NCBI GenBank assembly: GCA_964440185.1 | Contig: CAYTRJ010000002.1 | Span: forward strand, 1 to 59,593 | DNA: 59,593 nt | Origin: an uncultured Faecalimonas sp. | Lineage (GTDB): Bacteria > Bacillota > Clostridia > Lachnospirales > Lachnospiraceae | Direction of reading: 5' to 3' | Shown: piece by piece, positions 9,502-18,654 of the stretch | Position numbering within the stretch: position 1 is the stretch's first letter | Layout of the letters: every line of letters starts with the position of its first letter | The notes under the pieces: generated by a model | Told to the model about the DNA's origin: nothing | The model's input: only the letters and a program-made list of their open reading frames with translations | Database searches by the model: none | Position numbers and translations under genes: made by a program

Positions 9502-11460
9502 CTATATCTCTAACATTTTTATAAATTCTTCTTCCGTAATAATTGGAATTCCTAATTCCTTAGCCTTCTTATTTTTCGAAGAAGTACTTGTCACATCATT
9601 ATTGATCAAATAGTTTGTCTTTGTTGTAACAGATCCTGTTACTTTACCACCTTTACTTTCAATAATGACTTTCACTTCATTACGATTTGTATAATGTTCC
9701 ACACTTCCAGTAATAACAAAATTTATACCTTCAAAAATTTGTATTTCTTGATTTACTACTTCTTGTGAAATTTCTAATTCTTTTAACAAGCACTCTACTT
9801 CTTCTATATGCTTTTCGTTTGTAAAGTAATCCACATACGCCTTAGCAATCACCGGACCAATTCCAGAAACATTACTTAGTTCTTCTTCCGTTAAATGCAT
9901 CATTTTTTCAATATCATATTGAAATTCCTTGCAGATCACCTTTGCATTTGCTAATCCAATATTGGCAATTCCAAGTCCATAAATCAATTTAGGAAGTGTT
10001 GTTACTCTTGCTTTTTCAATACTCTTCCACAAATTTTGATATGATTTTTCTCCAAAACCATCCATCAATTTTATTTCATCTTCATATACATCTAAATGGA
10101 ATATGTCAGAATAATGATTTACAAATCCTTTTGCGATAAATTTTTCTAAAGTCGCTTCAGACAAGCCCTCGATATTTAAAGCATCTCTACTTACAAACAA
10201 AACAAATGATTTCAAATGCTTTGCACCACAAGCTTCATTAGCGCAATATAATGCTTTTGCATCACTTACTTGACGTATTTCTGTCTTTCCATGACACACA
10301 GGACATTCTGACGGAATATCTTTCACTCCGCTTCTCGTAAGATTTGCTGCAATCTGTGGAATGATCATATTAGCCTTATATACTTCTATTTTGTCACCAA
10401 TTCCTAATTCTAATTCTTCCATAATACTTATATTATGAATACTAGCACGACTCACCGTAGTACCTTCCAATTCCACTGGTTCAAAAATAGCTACTGGATT
10501 GATAAGGCCAGTTCTTGATGGACTCCACTCTATTTCCAATAGTGTTGTCTCTCGAATCTCATCAGCCCATTTAAATGCAAATGAATCTCTTGGAAATTTT
10601 GAAGTAGTTCCTAAGGATTTCCCATATGCAATATCATCATAAACAAGTACCAATCCATCAGACGGTAAGTCTTGTGACTGGATTGCATCTGCAAAATATG
10701 CTACTCTTTCTTCCACAGTATCTGCTGTTACTTCATAACTTTCTACCGTTGCAAATCCTTGATTTTTCAGCCACTCCAACTGATACATTTTCGAATTTTT
10801 GAAATCAACATTTTCCGCTTTTACTAATGTAAATGCATAAAATTGTACATTTCGTTTTGCAGTAATTTCATTATTAAGTTGTCGCACCGATCCACTGCAT
10901 AAATTTCTTGGATTTTTATATTTCGCATCAACTTCTTCAATCTCTTCATTAATTTTTTCAAAATCTGCATACCCAATAACCGCCTCTCCTCTAAGGATCA
11001 GCTCTCCTTGATAGGCAATACGTAACGGCAAATTTTTGAAAGTCTTTGCATTATTTGTGATAACTTCTCCAATTTCTCCATTTCCACGTGTAACGGCTTT
11101 TACAAGTTCTCCATTTCGATATGTGAGCACAATTGTTAAACCATCTAATTTCCATGAAATGGAAGCCTTTTGTGTTCCTAAAAATTCTTGCAATCTCGCA
11201 ATTTCTTTTGTCTTATCTAATGAAAGCATTGGCTTTTCATGGCGCTCTTTTGGTAACTCGCTAAGCACTTCATACCCTACATTTGCAGTAGGACTTGATG
11301 CTAATGTCACTCCCAGCTCTTTTTCTAAAGCAACTAACTCATCATACAGTTTATCATATTCATAATTACTCATAATTTCTGTTGCTTCTTGATAGTATGC
11401 TTTTCCTGCCTTGTTAAGTACTGCAACCAGTTCTTGCATTCTCTGCTTTTTCTGTTCCAT
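9502..11460 (-). CDS. ligA: NAD-dependent DNA ligase
   Basis: PMLSLDK, KLDG adenylation motif, TRGNG, NPRN, zinc finger, HhH and BRCT (VITG...GGKV). Confidence 0.97.
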   Translation of the reverse strand: MEQKKQRMQELVAVLNKAGKAYYQEATEIMSNYEYDKLYDELVALEKELGVTLASSPTANVGYEVLSELPKERHEKPMLSLDKTKEIARLQEFLGTQKASISWKLDGLTIVLTYRNGELVKAVTRGNGEIGEVITNNAKTFKNLPLRIAYQGELILRGEAVIGYADFEKINEEIEEVDAKYKNPRNLCSGSVRQLNNEITAKRNVQFYAFTLVKAENVDFKNSKMYQLEWLKNQGFATVESYEVTADTVEERVAYFADAIQSQDLPSDGLVLVYDDIAYGKSLGTTSKFPRDSFAFKWADEIRETTLLEIEWSPSRTGLINPVAIFEPVELEGTTVSRASIHNISIMEELELGIGDKIEVYKANMIIPQIAANLTRSGVKDIPSECPVCHGKTEIRQVSDAKALYCANEACGAKHLKSFVLFVSRDALNIEGLSEATLEKFIAKGFVNHYSDIFHLDVYEDEIKLMDGFGEKSYQNLWKSIEKARVTTLPKLIYGLGIANIGLANAKVICKEFQYDIEKMMHLTEEELSNVSGIGPVIAKAYVDYFTNEKHIEEVECLLKELEISQEVVNQEIQIFEGINFVITGSVEHYTNRNEVKVIIESKGGKVTGSVTTKTNYLINNDVTSTSSKNKKAKELGIPIITEEEFIKMLEI

Positions 11461-11465
11461 CTAAG

Positions 11466-12209
11466 TTACCTCTTTTTCATTTCTGATACAGGAATCACTG
11501 TTTCGTTTGACGAATCCTTGATCAATTCATAAAGTTTCGCAATTTCTGCTTCGGATACATTCCGATATTCACCTGGTTTTAAATTACCAAGCTCAATATT
11601 CATAACACGTGTTCGTTCAAGACGTGTCACTTTATATCCCAAATATTCACACATGCGTCTGATTTGTCGGTTTAATCCCTGTGTTAAAATAATTCGAAAT
11701 GTATACTCTCCAATTTTCTCTACCTTACATTTTCTTGTAATCGTGTCTAAGATTGGAACACCATTCCCCATTTTTTCAATAAACTCATCCGTAATTGGCT
11801 TATTCACCCTTACCTTATACTCTTTCTCATGTTGATTTCCTGCGCGCATCATTTTATTAATGATGTCTCCATTATTTGTCATAAGAAGTAGTCCTTCCGA
11901 GTCTTTGTCCAATCTTCCAATATAAGTAATTCTTGTAGGATACTTTAAAAACTTAATAATATTATTTTTTTCTTTTTTTTCTTCTGTACAAACAATTCCA
12001 ACTGGTTTATTCACTGCAAGCAATACCATTTCATCTTTTGGTTTTACTTCTTTTTTTCCTACTCGAACAACTTGTGATGAAGATACTTTCATTCCCATTT
12101 CTGCTCGTTTGCCATCCACTGTAACACGTCCGCTTTCAATTAAACGATCCGCCTCACGTCTAGAGCAAATACCTGCTTCACTCAAATATTTATTCAAACG
12201 AATTTCCAT
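11466..12209 (-). CDS. rRNA pseudouridine synthase, RsuA family (RluF/RluB-like) with S4 domain
   Basis: RLNKYLSEAGICSRREAD (S4), GRLDKDSEGL, GLNRQIRRM. Confidence 0.92.
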   Translation of the reverse strand: MEIRLNKYLSEAGICSRREADRLIESGRVTVDGKRAEMGMKVSSSQVVRVGKKEVKPKDEMVLLAVNKPVGIVCTEEKKEKNNIIKFLKYPTRITYIGRLDKDSEGLLLMTNNGDIINKMMRAGNQHEKEYKVRVNKPITDEFIEKMGNGVPILDTITRKCKVEKIGEYTFRIILTQGLNRQIRRMCEYLGYKVTRLERTRVMNIELGNLKPGEYRNVSEAEIAKLYELIKDSSNETVIPVSEMKKR

Positions 12210-12217
12210 ATATTCTC

Positions 12218-13501
12218 CTATAGTCTATAGAATGCTGTGATAAACGCATTTAAACTTTCTTGGTCTTTTACTCCCATTAACTCTCTGCATGAATGCATCG
12301 CAAGCAATGGTACTCCCATATCTACTGTACGCACTGGCAGCATTGCAGAAGAAATTGCCCCAAGCGTTCCTCCACCAACAGCATCTGAATGGTTTAAATA
12401 TTTTTGGTATGCAATACCTTCTTGATCACAAATTTGCTGTACTATTGCAATAGACTCACTATCAGTTGCATAGCTTTGTGAACATGCTGCTTTAATTGCA
12501 AATCCCTTATTTAATACGTTACGGTTTGTAAGATCATATTTTGCACCATAATTTGGATGGTAGGCATGACTTACATCCACAGACATAAACAAACTGTCTT
12601 CGATTGCATTTACAAAATCTCTTTCTGTTTTTCCTAGTGAAACATAAATTTTTTCTAATACAATTGATAGCAAAGTAGATGCTGCTCCTTGTTTTGAACG
12701 GCTTCCGATTTCTTCATGATCAAATACAATCATCATATTGATCCCTTTTTTACGGCATCCTTCTTCAATACCGCATGTCAACGCGTGTACAGATGTTAAG
12801 TTATCTAATCTTGGAGCTGATAAAAATTCTTCATTCATTCCAACAAATACAGGTTCATCTGTACAATAAATACCTAATTCATAATCCAAGATATCGTTCA
12901 CATTCACATCCATTTCTTTTGCTAAAAATTCTAAAAATTCTTTTCCTGTTACTTCTTCTGAAGCCACACCTAAAAGTGGAAGCATTTCAACTTGTTTTCT
13001 AAGTTCTACACCTTTATTCATTTCTCTATTCATATGAATTGCAAGATTAGGAATTGTAAAGATTGGTCTCTTAACATCTATCAAGCGAACTTCTGGATGA
13101 AATACATCATCTGTTCTTACAATTACTCTACCAGACACAGAAAGTGGTCTATCTAGCCAGCTTGAAAGAATCGCTCCCCCATATGTTTCTGTATTCACTT
13201 GAAGGTAACCATTGGAATTCATATCTGCATTTGGTTTCAAACGAAATCCTGGAAAATCCCCATGTGCTGCTGCAATACGAAATCCATCTTTTGCTTCAAA
13301 TTCTTCTCCTACTGTAAATGCAAAAATAGTAGAATCATGGTGGTTGATCATATATTTTCCACCTTTTTCTAATTTCCATTCATCTCTCAAATGCAATAAT
13401 TGAAATCCTTCTTTTGCTAATTCTTCAGCAGTTGCTGTTACTGTATGAAATTGTGATGTTGCTGTTTTTAATAATTCTAATAATTTATCTATATGAGCCA
13501 T
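12218..13501 (-). CDS. M18 family (aspartyl) aminopeptidase
   Basis: AHGDFP, RLDNL, DHEEIGS, DVSHAYHPNY, LAMHSCRE. Start moved to MAHIDK (AGGAG RBS). Confidence 0.92.
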   Translation of the reverse strand: MAHIDKLLELLKTATSQFHTVTATAEELAKEGFQLLHLRDEWKLEKGGKYMINHHDSTIFAFTVGEEFEAKDGFRIAAAHGDFPGFRLKPNADMNSNGYLQVNTETYGGAILSSWLDRPLSVSGRVIVRTDDVFHPEVRLIDVKRPIFTIPNLAIHMNREMNKGVELRKQVEMLPLLGVASEEVTGKEFLEFLAKEMDVNVNDILDYELGIYCTDEPVFVGMNEEFLSAPRLDNLTSVHALTCGIEEGCRKKGINMMIVFDHEEIGSRSKQGAASTLLSIVLEKIYVSLGKTERDFVNAIEDSLFMSVDVSHAYHPNYGAKYDLTNRNVLNKGFAIKAACSQSYATDSESIAIVQQICDQEGIAYQKYLNHSDAVGGGTLGAISSAMLPVRTVDMGVPLLAMHSCRELMGVKDQESLNAFITAFYRL

Positions 13502-13632
13502 TTTTCTCTCCTTTTTTTTAATCTCTTTCATGATAATAGGTTGCCCTAAAAAAGTCAACTTTCATCAATTTATGAGTGTATTTTTTTGCCACTTCTGATA
13601 TAATAGCAAAAGCACACAGAAAGGAGTTTTTC

Positions 13633-14961
13633 ATGCAAACAAATCAGTTAACAAAAGATCCTGTCTCTAAAATATTCTTTCGTTATTTAATCCCATCTAT
13701 AATGGGAACTATGGTAACTTCCATTTATGTTTTAGCAGACACTATTATTATAGGAAAAGGAATTGGTATCGATGCAATGGCTGCACTGAATATCATTCTT
13801 CCACTCTTCAATATATTTTTTGGAAATGGATTACTTTTCGGAGTAGGTGGTTCTGTTCTTATGTCCATTGCAAGAGGTCGTGGCGATGCCAAATTAGGAG
13901 AATGTTATTTTACATTGGCAACACTCTTAAATGCTATTACCTGTTTGCTTTATACAATCTTCTTTTGGATATTTATGGAACCAATTGCTCGTTTCTTAGG
14001 CGCAACAAATGTTACTATGCCTTATATTTTAGAGTATGTTCCATATATTATTTTAGGACTTAGCATATTTGCATTTTCCACATTTTTACAAACCTTTGTA
14101 AGAAATGACGGTGCACCAAAGTTATCTATGATTGCAGTTATTACAGGCGGCGTAGCAAATGTTATTTTAGATTTAATTTTTGTATATCCATTGCACATGG
14201 GAATGGCTGGTGCTTCTATCGCTAGTGTAATAGGTTCTGCCATTACCGTTTCCATTTTGTTATTCCATTTTCGTTCTAAGAACAACGGATTACATTTTAC
14301 ACTCCAAGGTTTTTCATTATCTTATGTTAAGAACATCATTGCAAATGGTTTCACTAGTTTCCTACTGGAGATTTCATCTGGTATCGTAATGTTTGTCTTT
14401 AATTTACAAATTTTAAAATATCTCGGAGATATTGGTGTCAGCATGTATGGTGTTATCTGCAACACAGCAATTATTGTTACTTGTCTTTGCAATGGTATCA
14501 ATCAAGCTGCACAGCCTATTGTTTCAACTAATTACGGTGCAGGTCTCTCTGAACGTATACACCAAATTCGCAATTTAGGGCTCAAAACAGCATTTGGCAT
14601 TTGTTCTATTCCGGCCATTTTAGGACTTGTAGTTCCAAATTTATTTACCTACATCTTCTTAAATCCGAATGAAGAAATTTTAGCATTATCACCAACTGCA
14701 ATCCGTATTTACTTTCTTGGTTTTTTTGTAATGGGTATTAACATGTTTGTTGTAGGTTTTTTCCAATCCACTTTAAACCCACAACTTTCTTTGGTTATTT
14801 GCCTTTTACGAGGTTGTGTTTTAAGCATTCTCTTTGTACATATACTTGCGCCTATATTTGGTGTAGTTGGTATATGGGCATCTGTACCACTGGGTGAATT
14901 TATTACACTCTTTATTGCGATTTATTTTTTGAAACGAAATGAAAGGACAGTCTCTATATGA
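13633..14961 (+). CDS. MATE family efflux transporter
   Basis: About 12 hydrophobic segments, NVILDLIFVYPLHMGMAGASIAS, QPIVSTNYGAG. AAGGAG lies before ATG 13633. Confidence 0.9.
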   Translation: MQTNQLTKDPVSKIFFRYLIPSIMGTMVTSIYVLADTIIIGKGIGIDAMAALNIILPLFNIFFGNGLLFGVGGSVLMSIARGRGDAKLGECYFTLATLLNAITCLLYTIFFWIFMEPIARFLGATNVTMPYILEYVPYIILGLSIFAFSTFLQTFVRNDGAPKLSMIAVITGGVANVILDLIFVYPLHMGMAGASIASVIGSAITVSILLFHFRSKNNGLHFTLQGFSLSYVKNIIANGFTSFLLEISSGIVMFVFNLQILKYLGDIGVSMYGVICNTAIIVTCLCNGINQAAQPIVSTNYGAGLSERIHQIRNLGLKTAFGICSIPAILGLVVPNLFTYIFLNPNEEILALSPTAIRIYFLGFFVMGINMFVVGFFQSTLNPQLSLVICLLRGCVLSILFVHILAPIFGVVGIWASVPLGEFITLFIAIYFLKRNERTVSI

Positions 14962-15446
14962 TTGCGTTATCACTAACAGAAGTAAAGGAATGCATGTCCA
15001 AATTATTGCTTTCCGATACATTTGATCCATTCCTTTTTATCGAAGGTGAAATTGTCACATTTGGCACATTCAAAATAGATGGATACTTAAAAAAAGAGTT
15101 TTTTGATATGGACCAAGTTCCTGAGCGAACCTATGCATTATGGAAAGATGTTCGCGATTACTGTTTTTCTATTATAAAAGGAAAACGTACTCCTCTCAGT
15201 TTTCATTTTGTACTATCGCTTTCTGACTCTAATATCGAAAAATTTTTGAAACAGAATGATTTTTCTTTCCAGCCTCAAGATGTTCGTGGACTATATATCA
15301 ATTTAAAATACGATGGTTCCAAGTTACACTGTATCACTGGAACATCCATGAATCTCTTTACTATGGATAAATCGCTAGAACAAGCATGGGACATTATGGT
15401 ACAAAAATTCTTCATTCAAAAAGAAATTGCATTTGAACTACTTTAG
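14958..15446 (+). CDS. Conserved hypothetical protein (DUF5721-like)
   Basis: IKGKRTPLSF and FTMDKSLEQAWD resemble a Lachnospiraceae family (recalled, not searched); ATGA overlap with the MATE gene. Confidence 0.65.
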   Translation: MIALSLTEVKECMSKLLLSDTFDPFLFIEGEIVTFGTFKIDGYLKKEFFDMDQVPERTYALWKDVRDYCFSIIKGKRTPLSFHFVLSLSDSNIEKFLKQNDFSFQPQDVRGLYINLKYDGSKLHCITGTSMNLFTMDKSLEQAWDIMVQKFFIQKEIAFELL

Positions 15447-15478
15447 TAAAAAGAATCTCTTCTTAGGGATTCTTTTTA
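15447..15478. terminator. Bidirectional intrinsic terminator
   Basis: TAAAAAGAATCTCT-tctt-AGGGATTCTTTTTA between convergent genes. Confidence 0.85.
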
Positions 15479-17497
15479 TATGCTTTCCCAAGTAACCTGA
15501 TCCGTATCTTTTTTATACATTTCTATCAAATATAGTTTTCTTTCTGCTTGTCCCCACTTTGTACTTTCCTTTAATTTTGCAACATAACTTTGAGATACAA
15601 ATCGTACATATCCCAATTTCGTCATCTTTTCTTCTGGTATCTCTATATATAATTTCGCAGTTGTCTCTGCTCTCCCTCCCTGTTGATCTTCCACAGAATA
15701 TTTTACTTCTATTATTCGTTTCTTTTCGATTTTCTCTTCATCAGTATATGCTAGAGCAATCTTATTTCGTATTTCCTTCCAATTCTCAATTACAATTTTA
15801 TCACTGATATCTCCTTCTTCCTTATCATTTGCTGTTGCTGCCTTTTGCAAGTACTCATAGTCAAACCCTGTAACAAGTTCCTCTTCTTTTACGGTCGTGT
15901 CTTTTGCTTCAATTTGAGGAAACTCATCCCATATTGCATACAAAACAGTATCTTGTAATGTATCCCATTTTCTTGTAGTTCCTATCTGCGAAGTATAATC
16001 GTTTCCTGATCCATCCGCTTTGCTATTCCACCCTACAAAATTATGCTTGTCATATGTAAATACATTCTTTCGAATTGTATAGTTCTCACCATATCTTACC
16101 TTTTCTGCTTTCATCTCACCCTTCGCATCTTCTGCATTTTTATCATACTTTAATTCATACTGATTCGCTTTCCACTGTGCATACAGTGTAATGTTTTTAT
16201 TCCAAATCCATTTTCTCTTTTGTCCTATGTAGTTGGTCCAGTCACTTCCTTCTCCATTCGCCTTTTCATTCCATCCTTCAAACGTATAACCAATATTTTT
16301 ATAGAAATTATCATATACAAAAAATTCATCTTCTAAGCTCACATCCTCTGACCATTTATTTCCATATTTTTGACTAGTTCCTCCATTTCCGTCATACATT
16401 ATTGTATAGTTCGGCTCATATACATAAAAAGCTAAATCTTGAACAGACGTTGATGTAGTAACTGCAATATATGCTTGAAATCCTGCTGGTGGCGAAGCAT
16501 ATTTTGAAAGATCGTTAAAGAAAACATCATATTTTGAAGATGCACCTGTATTTGCTTCTCCAATATAAGCATCAGAAACTGCAATTGCAGTCAAAATATG
16601 TTGTCGTGCTTTATCCGTTGAGTAAGAAGAAATAATGCTTCCTGGTCCATCTTTTCCATAATACAACGCTTTTCGCAACAATTCATTGTCTACTCGTTTC
16701 ACAGATGAAATCGATGCTCCCTTTGCATGATTCAGATTATATTCTGCACAGTACGCTGAAACATTATTTACGGTATAATCTCCTGATGAGATGCCACTTG
16801 TTATCTTTTCATAGCTTGTGATCGTATACGTCGTAAAGAACGCTGGTGTCTGTTCCATTTCCATAATTTTTGCATTTGCCACATCAATAAATGTTTCAAA
16901 TCCAAACAATTCAAAAATGTGATTTTTAAACACTTGCATTTCCTGCAACGAAATATTTTCCGATTTGTCAACATAACTTTCCAGCAATTCTATACTTTCC
17001 ACCAAGCTAACTTTTGTATTTTCAATCACTTCTTTCTGATATATCATAAGTTTCTGACTAATTGAAATATCTCTTTGTTCTTTCTGTTGTTCTAATACTT
17101 CAATATATAAATCAAAGTACACCCCAAGTGCATGTACATCTTTTGATAATACTGTTTCTGTTTCTTGTAGTTCATAAACAAATATCATTTCATGAAGAAG
17201 ACCATATTTTACCCAAAGAAACAATTCTTGTATTTGATCTTCTGAAAGTTTTTCATACAACTGATTTCTTGTGTCATTTTCTAATTCATAAAATACTTCA
17301 CAAAAATGTCCGCTTCCATGAAGAATATCTATTATCTTATCATAATCTACTTTTTCTTCTCCTATAAGTACCGTCAATTCTTCCATCTCTTTTTCGTAAT
17401 TAATTTCATAAGGTCTTATTGTTTTAGTCTCTGCAGACACAGGAATCGCCCGCATAAGCAACAATGCTAAAATACATCCAATTATTATTTGTTTCAA
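15476..17497 (-). CDS. Secreted adhesin-like protein: signal peptide, putative thioester domain, two InlB B-repeats, Ig-like C-terminal domain
   Basis: TTG start with GGAGG; signal peptide ending VSA-E; AYCAE...KALYYG...VQDLA; repeats GYTFEGWN..TLYAQW and NFVGWNSKADGSG..VLYAIW; ANDKEEGDISDKI Ig-like motif. Confidence 0.7.
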   Translation of the reverse strand: MKQIIIGCILALLLMRAIPVSAETKTIRPYEINYEKEMEELTVLIGEEKVDYDKIIDILHGSGHFCEVFYELENDTRNQLYEKLSEDQIQELFLWVKYGLLHEMIFVYELQETETVLSKDVHALGVYFDLYIEVLEQQKEQRDISISQKLMIYQKEVIENTKVSLVESIELLESYVDKSENISLQEMQVFKNHIFELFGFETFIDVANAKIMEMEQTPAFFTTYTITSYEKITSGISSGDYTVNNVSAYCAEYNLNHAKGASISSVKRVDNELLRKALYYGKDGPGSIISSYSTDKARQHILTAIAVSDAYIGEANTGASSKYDVFFNDLSKYASPPAGFQAYIAVTTSTSVQDLAFYVYEPNYTIMYDGNGGTSQKYGNKWSEDVSLEDEFFVYDNFYKNIGYTFEGWNEKANGEGSDWTNYIGQKRKWIWNKNITLYAQWKANQYELKYDKNAEDAKGEMKAEKVRYGENYTIRKNVFTYDKHNFVGWNSKADGSGNDYTSQIGTTRKWDTLQDTVLYAIWDEFPQIEAKDTTVKEEELVTGFDYEYLQKAATANDKEEGDISDKIVIENWKEIRNKIALAYTDEEKIEKKRIIEVKYSVEDQQGGRAETTAKLYIEIPEEKMTKLGYVRFVSQSYVAKLKESTKWGQAERKLYLIEMYKKDTDQVTWESI

Positions 17498-17515
17498 ACT
17501 TCCACCTCCTCTTTA

Positions 17516-17941
17516 TCACCTTGCATATCCACTTAAAGTACCTTCCTTATTCAATTGAATAAATCCTAATTGTACTGGATATTTCATCAGAACTGTACAC
17601 ATCCTATCTGTTACATATTCTACCGCATCACTCTTTCCACAATTTTCACATAGTAACGATCCCCCATTACTATCACTTAGCACCTGATTGCACGCACTAC
17701 AGATCCAATTTTTATTTCTATTTTCTTCCACCTCTAATTGGTAACCATTTTGCGCTGCAATATCTTTACAATTTTGAATCACATCTGTGTCAAAATCACT
17801 TGCTTCTATCTGTCCTATACAGTTTGAATGAAATTTCTTTGCCGCACTAATCTGTGATGAAGCTCCGATAAACTGTGTCATAATCATTACAGATAGCATA
17901 ACAATAAAGAGCGTTACAAAAGTCTCTATCATTTGTTTCAT
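17516..17941 (-). CDS. TadE/minor-pilin-like single-TM protein with inserted zinc ribbon
   Basis: N-terminal hydrophobic helix after MKQMIE; CSAC...CENC; lies in the Tad-like operon. Confidence 0.55.
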   Translation of the reverse strand: MKQMIETFVTLFIVMLSVMIMTQFIGASSQISAAKKFHSNCIGQIEASDFDTDVIQNCKDIAAQNGYQLEVEENRNKNWICSACNQVLSDSNGGSLLCENCGKSDAVEYVTDRMCTVLMKYPVQLGFIQLNKEGTLSGYAR

Positions 17942-17958
17942 CCTATTTCATCCTCCCC

Positions 17959-18357
17959 CTAAAATACTAAAATATTTATTTTTTTTGTGGATGTATGATT
18001 TCGCTGATTTGTTGCTACTACAATAAGCTGATAACTTCCAACTTGATTGATATCTAAATCATCCATTCCATTGATTATGAGATTTTCACAATTTTTTTGT
18101 CTTGTCTCATCTTCATATGCTGTTATATATTGTTTCGGTTCAAATAACTTGTCGCCTTTCTGTACTCGAACACTATTCGGTGCAATAATTACAGGATGTT
18201 GTATTTTCATATTGGAAGCATTAGGTATTTCTTTTCCCGCATCATAATATCCCAAATTTAATGTTCCTGTTAAAAAATACGTTCCCATTCCCATGATCAT
18301 GCTTCCTATAATCACAGCTAGGATTGCTCCTCCATATTCTTCAATCAATATTTTCAT
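17959..18357 (-). CDS. Pilin-like N-terminus fused to an Ig-like (DUF5011-type) domain
   Basis: True start MKILIEEYGG (ATG 18357, AGGTGAG upstream); TM helix; PVI...ITAYED...DINQVGSYQL..ATNQRN Ig-like signature. Confidence 0.65.
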   Translation of the reverse strand: MKILIEEYGGAILAVIIGSMIMGMGTYFLTGTLNLGYYDAGKEIPNASNMKIQHPVIIAPNSVRVQKGDKLFEPKQYITAYEDETRQKNCENLIINGMDDLDINQVGSYQLIVVATNQRNHTSTKKINILVF

Positions 18358-18368
18358 CTTCTCACCTA

Positions 18369-18503
18369 CTACATCATATTTTCTAGTACAGGTTTCAAGA
18401 TAATATCTATTGTTTTTGCAAGCTCTACTCCATACTGGACACAAATTGCTCCTCCAATAATAGAAGCAATTGTTCCTCCATATTCTGTTAGCAATTCTCT
18501 CAT
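18369..18503 (-). CDS. Small Flp-like pilin, 44 aa (not in the ORF track)
   Basis: Hand translation MRELLTEYGGTIASIIGGAICVQYGVELAKTIDIILKPVLENMM*; AGGAGG upstream. Confidence 0.75.
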   Translation of the reverse strand: MRELLTEYGGTIASIIGGAICVQYGVELAKTIDIILKPVLENMM

Positions 18504-18519
18504 TGTATATTCCTCCTAA

Positions 18520-18642
18520 TTACCATCCTAAAAATGTCCCTGCTCGACAACATTCCATCACCTCTGCATATGCAAATAAGATTGCTAAAAAAAAGAGTAT
18601 CAGCACCACACATCCACCATATTCTTCTAAGAATTCCTTCAT
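18520..18642 (-). CDS. Small Flp-like pilin, 40 aa (not in the ORF track)
   Basis: Hand translation MKEFLEEYGGCVVLILFFLAILFAYAEVMECCRAGTFLGW*; AAAGGAGG upstream. Confidence 0.75.
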   Translation of the reverse strand: MKEFLEEYGGCVVLILFFLAILFAYAEVMECCRAGTFLGW

Positions 18643-18654
18643 AACCGTCCTCCT

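Noticed and set aside
18358-18444. N-terminal extension MCPVWSRAC... of ORF 17959..18444
   Set aside because: It overlaps the 44-aa pilin in another frame; the RBS and the shared EYG motif place the start at 18357.
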